Assembly (NCBI GenBank): GCA_020891255.1
Contig: BQFW01000012.1
Span: 1,736,001 to 1,800,000, forward strand
Reading direction: 5' to 3'
From: Entomortierella parvispora E1425
Lineage: Eukaryota > Fungi > Mortierellomycota
Length of the DNA stretch: 64,000 nucleotides
The translations under genes were made by a program, and so were the position numbers. Positions 45,078 to 59,459 of this stretch are shown one piece after another (the first letter of the stretch is position 1; each line of letters begins with the position of its first letter). The notes beneath the pieces are model-generated. The model saw only the letters and a list, made by a program, of their open reading frames with translations, was not told the DNA's origin and ran no database searches.

Positions 45078-46151
45078 TTACTTGCCCTTGGTCTTGGACT
45101 CGTAGTCGAGCCAGCTCCCAGAGTAGTTGCGAACACCGTTGTATCCGAGAGACTTCGCCAACTCGAAGGCCATCCCAGAGCGGCGGCCACTCCGGCAGTA
45201 AAGAACGATCTCATCATTCTTGGCGGGCTTGTGGAAGCCTATGATGGAAATGACAAAATATATAGTTGATTAGTTTCAAGTCCAGAAGGAAGCTAGGGTG
45301 CTAGAGTATGTGTCGTGTGTCGTAGGTCGGTTTTTGGTTTTCAATGTCATCTAGTCCCAGTCTCCGCTCGCTCTGAGTCACAGACAGAGCTGCCACGCTC
45401 CTCCGACACCCACAAGAGAAGGGGTCTCTACTCCACAAAAACGGCATTTCCTTTTTTGAACATCCTGGTCTCCCAAGGAAACTGTAAACCAAAGTCCAGC
45501 CACCTTTTTCATCCACCGGGTCGCCACTTGAAATCAAAAAAAACAGTGCAAACGATGACTCTTTCCCCACGACTTCGAGTTACTGTCCAACGACTCTGCA
45601 ATGGTCAGCCCCAGGGGTGCATTTCATTCTCCTGTGGCTGTATTTGTTGCTGGTTGTGCCTTCAATCCCGTAGATCCTTGTCCTACATTCCTGCACAGTT
45701 CCCGAATTGAATGAAAAAATGCCTGATAGAGAGTGTAACTCACCAAAGCGATCCTCGAATTCCTTGTCGGGCAATGAGAGTGCCTCTTGGATATTAGCGA
45801 GAGGAATGTGGTGCGAGGTAGGGATAACGCCTTGGGCAACCTCTCCAGCTTCACGGACATCAATCAAAACAACATTCTATGGTAATAGAAGACGCCGATC
45901 CGAAAAGGTGAGTATACGGCTATCTTGTGGTGCCAGATATATCTCTAATGGGGCTACTATGAGCTCTCTTTTACCTTGTCTTTGTTGCGAACGAGGGTAT
46001 CAATCTCCTCAAAAGTGACAATCTCGGACTTGGGGTTGCTTGCTCTTGAAGAGAATTGGGCTTGACGAATGGCTGCCATTGAGCGAGGCGCAAACTGACG
46101 CGAGGTCTGCACGTAAAGGGCAGGGATGGTGAGGGATGAGAATGAAGGCAT
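45078..46151 (-). CDS. Single-domain rhodanese / thiosulfate sulfurtransferase (RDL-like), probably mitochondrial, 3 exons
   Basis: Exon 2 reads NVVLIDVREAGEVAQGVIPTSHHIPL. After a ~500-bp intron, exon 3 reads FHKPAKNDEIVLYCRSGRRS...GYNGVRNYSGSWLDY, with the stop at 45080-45078. Confidence 0.85.
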
Positions 46152-46522
46152 CGTGTTGGAATGTGGTGTTTTAACAGATGGAATGGGAAAGGCGTGATGT
46201 ATGTTGATGAAGACGTTATTGTGGGTTTTTTCTTTCTCTCTTTTCTTTTTTTTTTGAGGGGAAGAACCACGGCCTATTTATCAGGTTCTTTACGCTGTGA
46301 CAGCACCGATTGCGCCATCCCTTGTCGCAGTCACCCACGCATCTGGTTCGCGCTCCGCCCTTCTCTTGCGTTCTGCAGCACATCTTTCGCGAGCGCTTCC
46401 GTCTTCGCTGACACCACCCGAGCAAGTGTGGGAAATGAGTCCAGTAGAGTGTGGCGAGTGAGCCCTGCTTTATTACGTAGATTTTGTAGGACAGCACGCG
46501 ACCTGACACATTCTTCATCTCT

Positions 46523-48471
46523 CTAGTTGATTAGTTGCTCGCTAAAAGAAGAGTATACGATTGCTGAAAACGCCTGAAGCTCCTTGACCATCGCCAGACT
46601 CTCGACATACTCGTTGGGAACGCCATTGATAATAAGGTGGACCTGTCTTGCCACCAAGGGCAACAGCGAGGCGAGAGGGACAGCTCGGTCAATGTCATCC
46701 TCGTCCTCAATCTCCTCAATAGTGGCTCGGCTGTTGTGCGATTCAGAGAGCAAGAAGGGATTGAAGGTGGGCTGAAGAGCAAGGTTGAAGCGAGCAAAGG
46801 TCGTAGTCAAGGTCGAGTGGAGTACGGTAGTGAAATCTTCGCTGTCAATGAAATCGCGTGTCTCGTCCAGCAAGTTGCGAAGTACTGGGTCCACAATCAA
46901 GTCAAACTCGTCCACACCACCAGCGCGGAGTACCTCACGTTCATCGGAGGCATCATCTGGGAGCATATACTCACGCATGCTATATATTCGGTGAAAGTAG
47001 AACGACAAGATCGACAAACGTTAGAAACAACATTTTGAATTTTTTTTCTTGCGTTTTCCGGATTTCACGTACTTTGTAGGGACTTGAACGCCGTTGACCT
47101 CGGTGTATTCGAGACGCTCCCGGATCTCGCCAATGATCTCTGAAAAGTCCTTGGCGGTCAATGTCTTTTTCAATGAGATGCTATGGAGATAAGCGACACC
47201 AAACAGTCAGTTTCAAGAGTAGACATGGGTCACTTTAAACAATACAAGACATACAAAATGAGGGACTCACCTGCCAACAACGTCCTCAACAACCTCGCGG
47301 ACCTTGTCACTCCAGCGACGCCAACCTTCGTGCAACAGCCAATAGCTAAAAGTCAGATACTTCTTTTCAGTCTGAAAGTCGAGTTGTCCACTGGTGGCGG
47401 ACATCGAGCCTTTGGTCGAAGGACCTTCGACCCTGCAAGAGGCATCGGTCGTGTTGGACATGGCGACGACCGAGGAAACATAGGTGAATCGACCAAGCAA
47501 GTTGAGTTGGACTTGCGTCAATAATGTCAGGAACGTGAGCGAGTACAGAGCGGTGACTGTTCGTGTGAAGCTCATGATCTTGAGCTCATTCCAGAGCTCA
47601 AGCTTCGTGCGCCTGTCGATCGCCGCGGCGGCTGCCACCTCTGCCTCGTTCTTGGCAGCGGCCGCAACAGCAGCGTGCATTGCGCTCTGATCGTCCTTTG
47701 CCTCTGTCGACTCTTCTGGCTTTGTTCCACTGACCTCCTTGTTGTCTTCCTGAGCACTTTCAGAGGTAGCCTCGGTCTCGGTCGCTTTTTGAGCTGCCCC
47801 TGATGATTCTCTGGTTTCTGCTCCTTCCTCAGTCGAAGCCTCTGTGCTGGTAGTTGTCTCTTCGGCTGACTCTTTGGTCGATGGGTCCTCGGTAGACTCC
47901 TTAGCGGTTTGATCTGCTGCGTCTGTGGACTCTTTTTCCTCGCCTTCTTCAGAAGATGCTGGTTTCGGTGGCAAGATCATGGAGCTATCGGGGGTAGGAA
48001 GGGGTGTTGCGCGTTGGGATCGAGTTTGCTGCAACTTGGCTGTGATCAGTTCCACATTGAGCTCGTGCAAGAGCTGGTCGCCCAGAGTGGGAAGGAGCGA
48101 CAGCACCGTAAAGACACAATCCTGCTGGTTCTGTTCGAACCGACGCTTCATGCTATCAGGAACAAAATGAAAGGCGATTGAAATTTTAAGTAACGTCGTT
48201 TCGGCTGGGAGAATGTTTTCTGTTCTGGCATGGGCAGTGGTCCATCCATCAACACCGGAAATGAGCAGGGTAATAGGGTCGCCACAGTGGAAATGCATGC
48301 ATGAAGGCCTTACTTCTCCTTGGCAGTGCGTTCAGACGCCGATTTTTCCTGAAACTCGAAGAGCTTGCTCTTTGCGTATTTGCCCATCATGTAGATGCCG
48401 CCGGAGATGCCGGCGGTGATGACCAGCGCGCGCCGGTGTCTGTTGGCGAATCCTTGAACGGTGGATATCAT
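46523..48471 (-). CDS. PEX3: Peroxin-3, multi-exon
   Basis: N-terminus NRHRRALVITAGISGGIYMMGKY; motifs KRRFEQNQQDC, KLELWNELKIMSFTR, LLTQVQLNLLGR and LLDETRDFIDS. Confidence 0.92.
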
Positions 48472-48922
48472 TGGCGAGAGGAAGAAGGTCGTGTGGGGGC
48501 GTGAGAGAAGGGTGAAAAGAAGAGAGGAGAGAAGACAGACGAGGACAAAGACGGCGAGAAGGAGGACAAAGAGACACACAAAGAGGAACAAGGCACCCTT
48601 TCGTTCGTTCTTCGTTCTTTGCAGCGGTTCGCTCGTTTGGTCGGTCGATCCGCATGTGGAGACGAGCCAAGAAGATGACACGTGACAATATGCTGCCCCC
48701 TCCAATTGACGGTGTGCAGTTACATGGGTGCCACTAATGGGGTCTGGATGCCCCTTTTCTTCATTCCCATGCATGCAACCGTCCTCTCTCCTCTCTTCCT
48801 TATCATTCTCCACATCCGACTATCTTTCCATCTCATTCTGAAATTCACTTGTACAAACACGCCTTCACATTTCACTCAGTTTACTTCACTTACGCATTCT
48901 CTCATTTACCTAAAGAAATAAC

Positions 48923-51606
48923 ATGGTACCGCCATTCGCCGTGTCGTTACAGCAACGTTTGCTCTACCGTTCCACACACGTCCGCTCATGCTCCAGCTCT
49001 CTATATCACGTATCCTAGGCAAGCAGACACGGCCAAAAGAAGGTTAAAGAAGAGGCCCCCGAGCTGGTTAAAGCCCGGGAGGAACGAGAATCCGCTATCT
49101 TGAAAGACTACCTTGGGCTGAAGGAGACCTTGAAGGAAGTTGTAAGTCATCTCTATTCTTTCCCACAGTATCCATTCGGATGAAATTGATGCCTTCTATC
49201 GCGTCGCTCTGTATTTTGACCCAGCTTTTCTTTTTCAATGTTCAGATCGACTCTCAGAAGCGAGATAATGACGCGCTCAAGGTCACCACTGCTCTGCTTC
49301 GCAAGAGTCCCGATTATTATACTGTCTGGAACGTGCGCCGGACAATCCTCAAGGAAGGATTTCTTGACAGCGCGTAAGTGCTGATTCTACCGTCTTCTAA
49401 ATGTCAATACCTGCAAAGCCTTTGTCAGGGAGCCTGACCGTATTCTCTCTGATCTCTAGCGACGACGACACTGCCAATCAAATCTACACCAACGAGCTGG
49501 ACTTTGTTCAGGAAAACTTGAAGTTGAACCCAAAGTCGTACTGGATGTGGAACCACCGTCGGTGGTGTCTCGAGCACATGAGCCAGCCTAGATGGGATCG
49601 CGAACTGGGCATGGTGAACAAGTTCTTGGAGATCGATTCTCGCAACTGTAAGAAGGGATGGAGTGGGGGTGACTCTGACCAATGATGTCATGTTGATTTC
49701 TTGTCTTGTTGTGTGGGAAGCCTCCGATGATATCTTAACTGACAACTTTTTTGTTCGTATCTTTCTAGTCCACGGCTGGGATTACAGAAGATATATCATT
49801 CGGCAACTGGACTTGGTGGACAAGGAGGCGTCAGACAACGTGCTGGACCGTGCCCAGGCTGAATTCGACTTTACCACCAGCAAAATCCACAAAAACTTTT
49901 CTAATTACTCGGCCTGGCACAACCGGAGCACGCTGCTAGGCAAGCTCGCAGAGGCAATGACTGAAGAGGAGAAGCAGTCTATTGTCGACAATGAGTTTGA
50001 CTTGGTCAAGAATGCCATCTATACCGACCCTGAGGATCAAAGTGCATGGCTCTACGACTTGTGGCTAATTGGAAGAGGTAAGGGAACATTTCCATTCCCA
50101 GGGAATTCAAAAATGACAAACTACATGGCAGTAGAACTGATCATCTTGGTGTTCCATACGTAGAACAAAAGAGCATCTCGGTATTGGGCGCTTCAGTCAT
50201 TTCGTTCCATCCGCTGGAAATTGTGGTGGCATTCGATCAGACAGTCAAGCTCAGGAACGCTTTTACGGTTTCAACCAGGCTTGAGCATGTAGCTGTTCCT
50301 CTTGAAGGAGAATGGAAGGCAACCGGTTCAGATGCATCCCTGGGGAGTGTCTGGATTTTCCAACAGGCTCCTGGTGCCGTCTATGGCCCGACAGTCGAGG
50401 TCCTGTTTTTTACCGAGGATGTGTGCGCTGTTCGAGCTGGATCAACACTTCAGTCCGCTGTTTGCTTTGAGCTGGAGACACTGAACCAGGACCTCAATGA
50501 AATTTCTGGACAGCTGACTCGACTTGTTGTTGGCAAAAACCTGATGTTTGATGTCACCAAGCGTATTGGACCAGTTGCGGGACCAGATGGAACGATCGAG
50601 ACTCAACCTTCAAGTTCAAAACACCTTGTTACGTCGCTAACATCATCCGAGTCGCTCGAGGGCCGTGTAGAGTTGTTGCAGCGCGAAATTGCTTCTGTCC
50701 GCGAACTGATTGAGATTGAGCCAGATTGTAAATGGCCGATCCAGATTCTATCAACACTGTTGTCCGAGCTGCGAGAGACGGTCAGCATCCACTCTATGCA
50801 AGCAAAGGAGATTGACGATGAGTGTATCGAACTCCAAGAAAAGCTGATCTCCATTGATCCCCTTCGTCAAGAGAGATACGAAGATAGACGTGAGTATTTC
50901 TTTGCTTACAAGAATACCTACCTTGTTCAAGATGAGAAACTAACTCCAGTTTTTCTTCTTTTTAGGCACACAACTTGTCTTTGATCGGGAGACGTTGAGT
51001 ATTATCAAAGATTCGAAGCGGTTCCCCGAAATCGAGTTTGCTCCAGAACAGCCTCGAGGGCTGGATCTGACCATGCGAGGATTGACCCATATCCCCACCT
51101 CATCCTATTTCATCCACCTTCACAGTCTGAACCTTGACTCGAATGCAATCAAGTCTACTCGGTTCCTCCGCAACCTGCTGAATGTTCGTCGCGTGAACCT
51201 TTCCAACAATCTGATTGAACGGCTTGAGGGTGTTCAGCATGCGCCCAGTCTCGAGTTCTTGAACCTGGAGAACAATATGATTGCCAAGTGGGAGGACGTA
51301 GTCGCAGGATTTGTGTTTTGGCGCGAGGGCAAGCTGGCACGCACTGGTTGTTCGGTCAAGGTTCTTCTAGGCTTGAACCCTGTGATCGAGAACGAAGGTG
51401 GTGAGAATGTGCTCGAGCAACGGTGGGAAGACGTTGGCGAAGTCGGGATCGAGATCCAATGGAAGTCGAACGAGTTGTTGCTCGCAGAACAAGAGGAGTT
51501 GGAGCAACAGCTTCAGGGTGCCAAGGATGACGGTGGGGAGCAAGGATCGTTCAAGATGGACGGAAGTCGCCGGGTCAGCACCACGGTCGTCGAATTCGCG
51601 TCATAA
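48923..51606 (+). CDS. BET4: Rab geranylgeranyltransferase alpha subunit with Ig-like insert and C-terminal LRRs, multi-exon
   Basis: The ATG exon splices to ASRHGQKKVK. PPTA repeats include PDYYTVWNVRR, NPKSYWMWNHR, HGWDYRR, NFSNYSAWHNRS and TDPEDQSAWLY. LRRs include LNLDSNAI, VNLSNNLI and LNLENNMI. Confidence 0.9.
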
Positions 51607-51813
51607 AGCTTCCATGCTTCTTGCCATTAAAATGTCATGTTTTTATGAGTACTGCAGTTTGTTTTTGCAAGACAATGGTGCTTTTCATTTATAAATTCTG
51701 ACTATGTTTGATATCATGTACAATTATTAATATTATCAGGCCGTGTTTCTATCGACCCCTCACTCTAAGTCTTTCCTGAAATCTCCTCTTCTACCCTCCT
51801 TTTTCTCCCTTAT

Positions 51814-54800
51814 TTACTTGCGTTCCTTGAGACGCAAGCTGACAAAGCCCCAGAAGAGGGCGACAAACAAGACGTTGAAGACAATGAGAATGATCATGTT
51901 CTTCCAGAAGCCGCCCAGGTCGAAACCAAACAACTTTTGCAAGATCAAAGATCCAGGCACGTTAAAGGCAACTCCCTGAATGTTATCAATCAACTTGGAA
52001 GTCGCCACCTCGTTGACGGCCAAGGCCTCAAAACCGTACTTGAACATGGACAGATATTGGATCCAGGTCAAAGCTGCAGGAATGTTGCCAGAGTTGATCA
52101 TGAATCCTCCAAACAACATCATGAACAACATTACAATCGAGGATGCCAAGGAGGCGACACCGGAGGTTCGGACTGCGGCAGCGATCACAAGACAGAACAG
52201 AGCTGTGGCCATGTTGAAGAGAACCAGGATGAGCAGGAACTTGAAGAAGGTCACCACCACGGGCGAGAGACCAATCATGAAGTAAGAGATGCAGCCCATG
52301 AGGATCGAGGGCACGATGCGGAGAGGGATCAAATCAAAGAGCAAAGTCGAGATGATGAAGGGCATGGGAGGATAGTAGCCGTTGGAGCGCTCCTTGATGA
52401 ACAATGTACGAGTGTCCGTGAAGGCGCCCAGGGCAGAGATACTGCTGAAACCCAATAGTGCGAGCATGAAGAAGAGAGAACCGGCACGATTCTGGAAACC
52501 GGCCAGGTTCATAGGCACATGGAAGTAAAGACCACCGATAAATACTCCCAGGACAATCGAAACGGCCAAATGGAGAACCAACAGGGACTTGTCGCGGATC
52601 AGGGTCTGGAAGTTACGCTTCATGATAACATGGAGCTGTGTCAAGAACGAAGTTGGGTAGACAGTCTTCTGCTTCTTGTCAGGAGTAGCCTCTGAGAGTG
52701 AAACGGTGGAAGAGCCCGAGGAGCCCATGTCGTCCATGCGAATCGAGGTCTCCAGAGATCGGTCATCAGAGGTGCGGGTAATTTCACTGGCATTCGCATT
52801 GGCGCCGCGACGGGAAACGATGTGTCCAGAGACGTGAGTCTGATGGCCCGAGGTCACTCCGGTTTTCTCCTCTTCAGTGCCTTCAAAGCTCCTGGCCTTG
52901 GCCACCAATTCCTGGTCCATAGCAATATCCAATAGGTAATCGGCAATGTTGTAGTTGTTGGGGCAGACAAGGCCACGGCGTTGGAAATAGTCGGCGGCAG
53001 AGTCGGTAGGTCCAAAGTACAGAGCGGATCCCTTGCTGACAACCAAAGTCTGATCAAACATGTAGAAGATATCGGAGCGAGGTTGATGAATGGTCAAAAT
53101 GATGGTTGTGGTCTTGCTGGCGGCGAGATTGCAAAGCTGCTGGACAACCATGTGAGCACTGTAAGAATCCAACCCCGATGTGGGCTCGTCCAAGATGAGG
53201 ATAGGTGGTCGGGTGATCAACTCGAGAGCAATAGACACACGGCGCTTCTCTCCTCCAGAGATACCGCGTGTAGTAACGTTTCCGATGCGGCGATCCTTGC
53301 AGTGCGTCAATCCCAAAATCTCGATGACTTCAGCCACGCGTTCGTGCACGCGATAGATAGGCATGGCCTCTGGGAGACGGAGCATGGCAGAGAATAAAAC
53401 AGCCTCATAGACAGTTTGGGTAGGAGGAAGCGTGTCTTCTTGATCCACAAATCCAACAGCGCGACGGATCTCGCTCTCGTGCACTTGCTTTCCATTCAGC
53501 AGGATGTGACCCGTAACCTTGCCGTCCTTGCGCTTTCCAGCCAGGATATCCACCAAAGTCGATTTGCCTGCTCCTGAAGGTCCCATGACGGCCAAAACGC
53601 CACCAGCAGGGGCCGCACCAGAGATGCCCTTGAGAATTTGCAATCCATCCTTGTTCAGAGTGTAGCCCACATTTCGGAATTCAAGCGAAGCTGCTTCCGC
53701 GTTCAAAGTGTAAGGTGTCCGACTGAGGATAAGCTGATTCCTTTTGGCAACTGAGCATGCAATGATCAAGAAGAGGATCAGCGCTCCAATGATGGCAAGA
53801 CAGACAATAATTCCTGTAGCCATTTTGTTCGTGACAGTCGACACCGAAGAGTTTTCTTCAGAGGGGAATACACACTCGCCCATATCACAGTCTTCCATCT
53901 GGAGACCCTGGGGGAAGAATCCAGCAAGATCGTTAATGAAGAATTGGCAGTTGGTGCTGTTGTGTGGACAGGTCAACGAAAAGGGGCCTTTCAGTGCATC
54001 AATGGTGTTTCCAAGGTTGACTGGAGGGCCAGGGATGCCTCCACACATCACGGTTGGGTTGATACATGTGCAATTCAGCACAGGGCAATCCCACTTTGTC
54101 TGAACCACGCCATTCTGTTGAGTGGTGGCAACAGTACAGTTGGGGATCGAGCAATAGAACTGCTCCGACTGCCCGAGCCACAATTGTGCCTCCACAGTCT
54201 TATTGATATAGTCAAGGTCAACCGTCAACGTGTAGTTTCCGGGGAAGAAGGATTCCAGCAGCTCGGCCTTGACAGCGCAGGACATGAAGGACTCGTAAAA
54301 GACCTCTGGTTGTTTGTTGCAGACCATTTCTTCATTTCCCAAGACGGACGTGCGCGATGGGGGCTTTGACTGACATCCTGCATTGGTCTCACAGGCTAAA
54401 GGATGATAAAAGTAGTACACGTTAGTCGTTTGCGCAATTCTCAACGACATTCCAGAGAAAAGAAGCGCGTACTGTTGCAGTTGAATCCTCCAAATCCTGC
54501 ATCACAGGCGTTGGCACAAGAGCCACCGGGTGCAACCGCTGGTCGCTGAGAGGGATCTGTCAGGGGGGAACCGCAGGACAGCTCACTGCAGTCAGGACCT
54601 CCGAAACCGGGTCTGCAATTGCAGACCTTGTTTACACAAGATCCGCTGTTCTGGCATCCCTATTTAGGTAGAGTTTCAAGCAAGCGTGCCAGTTTAGACA
54701 GACCTGAAACCAATGGCCAATGGGCGCAATGCCCTCTGTACATTCTGTAGCGTACCTTGAGTGAGCAATCGAACGCGGGAACACATGTTGGTGGTGGTGT

Positions 54801-54962
54801 TGATGTAGATGTAGGAGCAGCTGCTACCGTGGTGGAGGAGGGAACACCAAAGGTAGGGGTGCCTGTAGCGCTGCCCGTGGATTGTGCTGAAACGACTGAG
54901 GCCAACGTCGCCACCAGGCCCAGCGTTGCCAGGACAGGCAGACGTGTAAGCTGGAGCCGCAT
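51814..54962 (-). CDS. ADP1: ABCG half-transporter with N-terminal EGF-like ectodomain (ADP1-like)
   Basis: Signal peptide MRLQLTRLPV; Cys-rich EGF-like segment (CNCRPGFGGPDC); Walker A GPSGAGKST; signature ISGGEKRR; LDEPTSGLD; IHQP; ABC2 membrane domain. Confidence 0.9.
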
Positions 54963-56755
54963 GACGTTAATGAAGGCTTATGGACTGAAGGGCTCGAGCC
55001 AGGGCCAAGGTGTAGAGATGAGCGAAAGGGGGAGGAGATGGAGTCAGGGAGAGGAGGAAGAATGCAATGGCAGGCACGGAGGGGTAATGCGATGAAGCGA
55101 AGCGAAGGGGAGGGGATTCCGAAGAAGAGAAACGAGATGAGTCTGAAGAAGAAGAGAAGAGAGAAGAGACGGGGACAGTTTATCGTCTTTGTCTTTTGTC
55201 AGCTCACTCACCCAGAAGAAGGCCCCCGATACAGTATGCAAGAGAGCCGCGCACATGTGGGTAGTTGAAGAGACAACGGAGTTGCTACTGCACAAAGTGT
55301 CGTGCAAGAGAGAGCTGGAGGAATGTGAACGGGCGAAAAGCATAGGGAGTAGAGTTTAAGCAATGGTCAGCAAGTGCAGCTCGAAAAGAGCACTCGGCCG
55401 CTTTTTCGTCGAATTACTGCTGTGGATAGTGTGTTGTTTATTGCCTTGTCGTCTGGTTGTGGTGCCGGGGTGTCAATTGCACGAGAACAGGTCCTTCCTT
55501 GCTTACGCGCCTACTCGCTTAACCCTGCTAGCGCGCTTGCCATATCATTCGCTTGGGGCGGCTCGATCAGGCTGGAGGAAGAAGGGAGAGGAAGATCAAT
55601 TGTCTATCCCGACCCTGAATTCGATGACAAGTGAAGGACAACAAAAAAAAAAAGGAACGGACTCAAACTTCCCCCCACATCGAATTATTATGAAGCCGAT
55701 TGCGGAGCTTCCTTACAAACAGCTTCACGGGCCATTGACCCTTCAGGTCATGTTCCATGAGAAAAAGAAGCATCTCCTCACCACAGAGCACTTGTCGCTT
55801 GAACCTTTGTCGTTGTTGACTATCAGGCCTCGCTCACGTCCTAGAGTGAACTATCAATGTACCCCTCAGTAACTAATTCGCATGCTGGGTTTTTGTCGAT
55901 TGATCCGTGAGTAAGCTGATGGGATTGATCTATGTTCGGACCGATTGGCATGTGAGTAGCTTTGGCACGAACCATCCACGGGCCAAGGCCCTTTTCCCTT
56001 TTTTGCAGGATGAATACGACCCGGACGTGGAGCGGGTGTTCATTCCAAGCTTCCTACTCAAACCGCAACAGCAGACAAACCACTGATCGGCCTCACACGG
56101 TTGTTGTGAACGTTTTTGTTTGCCTCTAATTGCTCACGGTTACACGCGCAAGGTTAGAGGGAGAAAAGAGCAACGGCCAGATCGATCTCTAGCACTCTAT
56201 TGGTTGCAGACAAGGTGGGATGATTCTCAGTGCTAGTGTCTGTTTGCTCAGCTGAAGAGGGTGAACTGTTGGTGGTGTTGTTGTTCACAGCAAGGTTGCA
56301 GCAGCGCTAGGCCGAACGAGAGTGTCTTCAGGGATCAAGCAGGGCAAGACGGACAAGATTTGTTCGGCTGCGGTCGGACCCAGCTTGTCGTGTTGGACAG
56401 GAGAGGACGGGAGCTGACAGAAGGTGGTTTAAATACAGCACATCAACTGACGACGGGGAAGAAACCTGTTTAGAGTGGGAGGGCAGGACAGAGCGAGGGA
56501 CAGACCCAAGGCAAAATGATGACAAGCGCAAAATGGAAAGATGAATGAGAGCAACGGTGAAATGAAAAACACGCCTCAGTGATTTCAGGCACGTACAGCG
56601 AGCAGACACGTACAGGGCCGACGCGCGTTTGCCACCAACCCAATGCCTCGGCGCAGCACTTGCACCGCCGGCCCCTTCCTCGCCCATTGGGATGAGATGA
56701 GTGAGATGAGATGAGAAAAGAGATGAGAAGGGGACAGCATCATCTCTCTTCTCGG

Positions 56756-56800
56756 TTCAGTTCAGTTCAGTTCAGTTCAGTTCAGTTCAGTTCAGTTCAG
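56756..56800. repeat. (TTCAG)9 microsatellite
   Basis: Nine perfect pentanucleotide copies upstream of the NAM8-like gene. Confidence 0.95.
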
Positions 56801-57360
56801 CTCAGCAACATACAGTGGTCCCTTCACCCACGCTTCACCCACACACTTCCACTCCCTCGCTGCTCCCTTGCCCGCACTCGCACTGTGGGCTATCTGAGTG
56901 TGTGCACGCTATCTGCCCTGTCCCCACTCCTATTCCGCTGTGCGCCTGCCCTGCGTGTCCTCTTGTCCCCCCTCATCCGTGGTCATCTCTTCACTTTGCT
57001 CCTTTCCTTCCTTCCTTCCTTGCTTCCTTCCTTCCTTCCTTTCTCTCCCCCTTAGTCCCTGTCCTCCTTCCTTCCTTCCTTTTCCTTTGCCTTTTGCTTC
57101 CATCTGTCTTGATTTCTCATCTGCAACTCTGTCTGCCTAGTCCACCTCGCCATCATCCGTTTGCATTGATTCATTCGTTCATTTCATTTCATTTCATTCT
57201 TTCTTTAGTGCACCACATTACTTCATTCATTCGTAACCACCCTCCCCTCTGCTTCCTTTTTTCGACCTGTTCTTGTCTCCATTCTTTATTCTCTCTATAT
57301 CTCTTCAACCCCCGATATTTCTCTCCTTCTCTCATCTTTCTTCTTTTCAACCTTACCACC

Positions 57361-57399
57361 ATGGCCTTCTACGACCAGCTTTCTGTTCAGCAGCAACAA

Positions 57400-57434
<35 letters not shown>

Positions 57435-59459
57435 ACACCACCACTTACATCAGCTGCAGCAGCAACAACTCCATCAACAACAACATCAGCTCCATCAGCT
57501 TCAGCAGCCAACCTTCGGAAATGCCGACATGCGCACGTCTTTGTGGTATGTAACAGCACCCCCGATTTTTGTTTGAATGGCTCCATCTTGCATCTTGCAA
57601 TATCAACTCTGGAGTGTTCGTCCTAACCTTGAGCCTGCATCAACATACCCTTCTTTTTAAACGTTGGCAGGATGGGAGAATTAGACCCTTGGATGGATGA
57701 AAACTGGATTCGTGGCGCATGGTATGGTGTTGGCGAACAGGTTTCGGTCAAACTGATTCGCGACAAGTTCACAGGGCAAGTGTTTTTCAATAGTCTCGCA
57801 TTTCCTTGTTCATTGCTTTGGTTTTTCTGTGATGAGACTAACTTGCCGTCCTTTCCTCCTCTAGAACCAGTGCTGGTTATTGCTTTGTCGAACTAGTAAG
57901 CCCTGCGGCCGCTACCAAAGCTATCAACACTCTGAATGGCATGGTTATCCCAGGTTCGAACAAAGTCTTCAAGCTCAACTGGGCTACAGGAGGCGGCATG
58001 GCATCTGCCTCGTATGTGACCCCTGTTTCTTTGTGTCGTGCCTTGTGCAATGGCTGTGCCTCCGGGTAAACCGAGTCCAACATGGTCTAACCTCGCAACC
58101 CCTTTCTTCCGATAGTGGCCCTGGTACTGGACAGGAGTTCTCAGTGTTTGTAGGCGATCTTTCTCCAGAAGTGACAGAGTTCATGTTGGCGGTATGCGCT
58201 GGCTGTCTTGTAGGGTTCATTCTTGGAGTTGTGTTTTCTGTTCTCGATGCTGACGATTTTTTTTTGATATCCCTAACCATCTAGTCAAAGTTCCAGGAGA
58301 GATACATGTCCTGCAGATCTGCAAAAATTATGACAGACGCCACGACAGGAGTTTCACGAGGTTTGTTTCGAGGTTCAACATCCAGGATCTTTCCGTTGAC
58401 ACCGCAGCTCATATAAATTCTCCTTCTATCAATTAGGCTATGGATTTGTTCGTTTCGGCGACGAAAGCGAGCAGATTCGTGCGCTTCATGAGATGCAAGG
58501 CGTGTTTTGTGGCAGTCGCCCTATCCGAATCTCTATGGCAACACCTAAAAACAAGATGCCTCCAGGCGGAATGGTTGGCGCAGGAGCAGCAGCAGGCAGC
58601 GTCGGTCCTATCGGAAGCATGGGTGGGATGGGTGGGATGGGTGGCATGGGCTCAAACATGAACATGGGAATGTCTCCTACAGGTTACGGCTTCAACCCCC
58701 CATTGCAGTCAAGCAGCCCCCAACATGGCGCTAACCAGTACAACGACCCAAACAACACTACGGTCTTTGTTGGAGGGCTTTCTGGAGTGAGCCACGAGGA
58801 TGAACTCAGGAATGCTTTTGCATCTTTTGGTGAAATTACATACGTGAAGATCCCTCCAGGCAAAGGCTGTGGGTTCGTACAGTTTGTTCACCGTCAGAGC
58901 GCAGAGATGGCCATTAATCAAATGAATGGCTATCAAATCGGTATGTTCAGCGATATGGCATGCAGTCCAAGGCAAAGCATAATTTGTTTTAATAACATCA
59001 TCTACTTCATAACCACAGGTAATTCTCGAGTCCGCCTTTCTTGGGGTCGCGCTCAAAGCGAGAACAAACAACCACCAATGTCACCACACGGCCCATCTGT
59101 GATCGGCACTCCTGGATTTCGGTATGTCAGGGCAACTTTGGTGCAGATGAGCCTCTTCTAAAAATTGCTGTGTAGGACTAAAATGTTCTTTGTTCTTTTT
59201 GCATAGTTCACCCATCCAGAACCAATTTTCATCCATGCCACATAGCCGGGCCTCGGCGTCTTTTGGCTCATACCCTGGAATCATGGCCGGCACACCGCCT
59301 ATGCAAAACTTAATGCAAGCTCCTCCTCCTCACCGTGACAATCTCGATAGACTTCAGGGTGATCACCAGCATCGCGCTTACAACGACCGAAATGAGACCA
59401 TGATGGACCGCATGGACGACAGCGTTGGCTGGCGTGGTTCCGGCGCAATTTACGCCTAA
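57361..59459 (+). CDS. NAM8: Three-RRM RNA-binding protein, NAM8/NGR1 family, with N-terminal polyQ, multi-exon
   Basis: Motifs SLW|MGELDPWMDE, AGYCFV, FKLNWA, SVFVGDLSPEV, GFVRF, RPIRISMATPK, DPNNTTVFVGGL, KIPPGKGCGFVQF and RVRLSWGR. Confidence 0.85.

Noticed and set aside
45301-45710. ORFs between rhodanese exons 2 and 3
   Set aside because: They lie within a ~500-bp intron. The rhodanese active-site exon is at 45239-45078.
55000-57360. ORFs between ADP1 and NAM8 (e.g. 55363-55872, 56815-57576)
   Set aside because: They translate purine- or pyrimidine-rich promoter/UTR and microsatellite sequence into low-complexity F/L/S strings.
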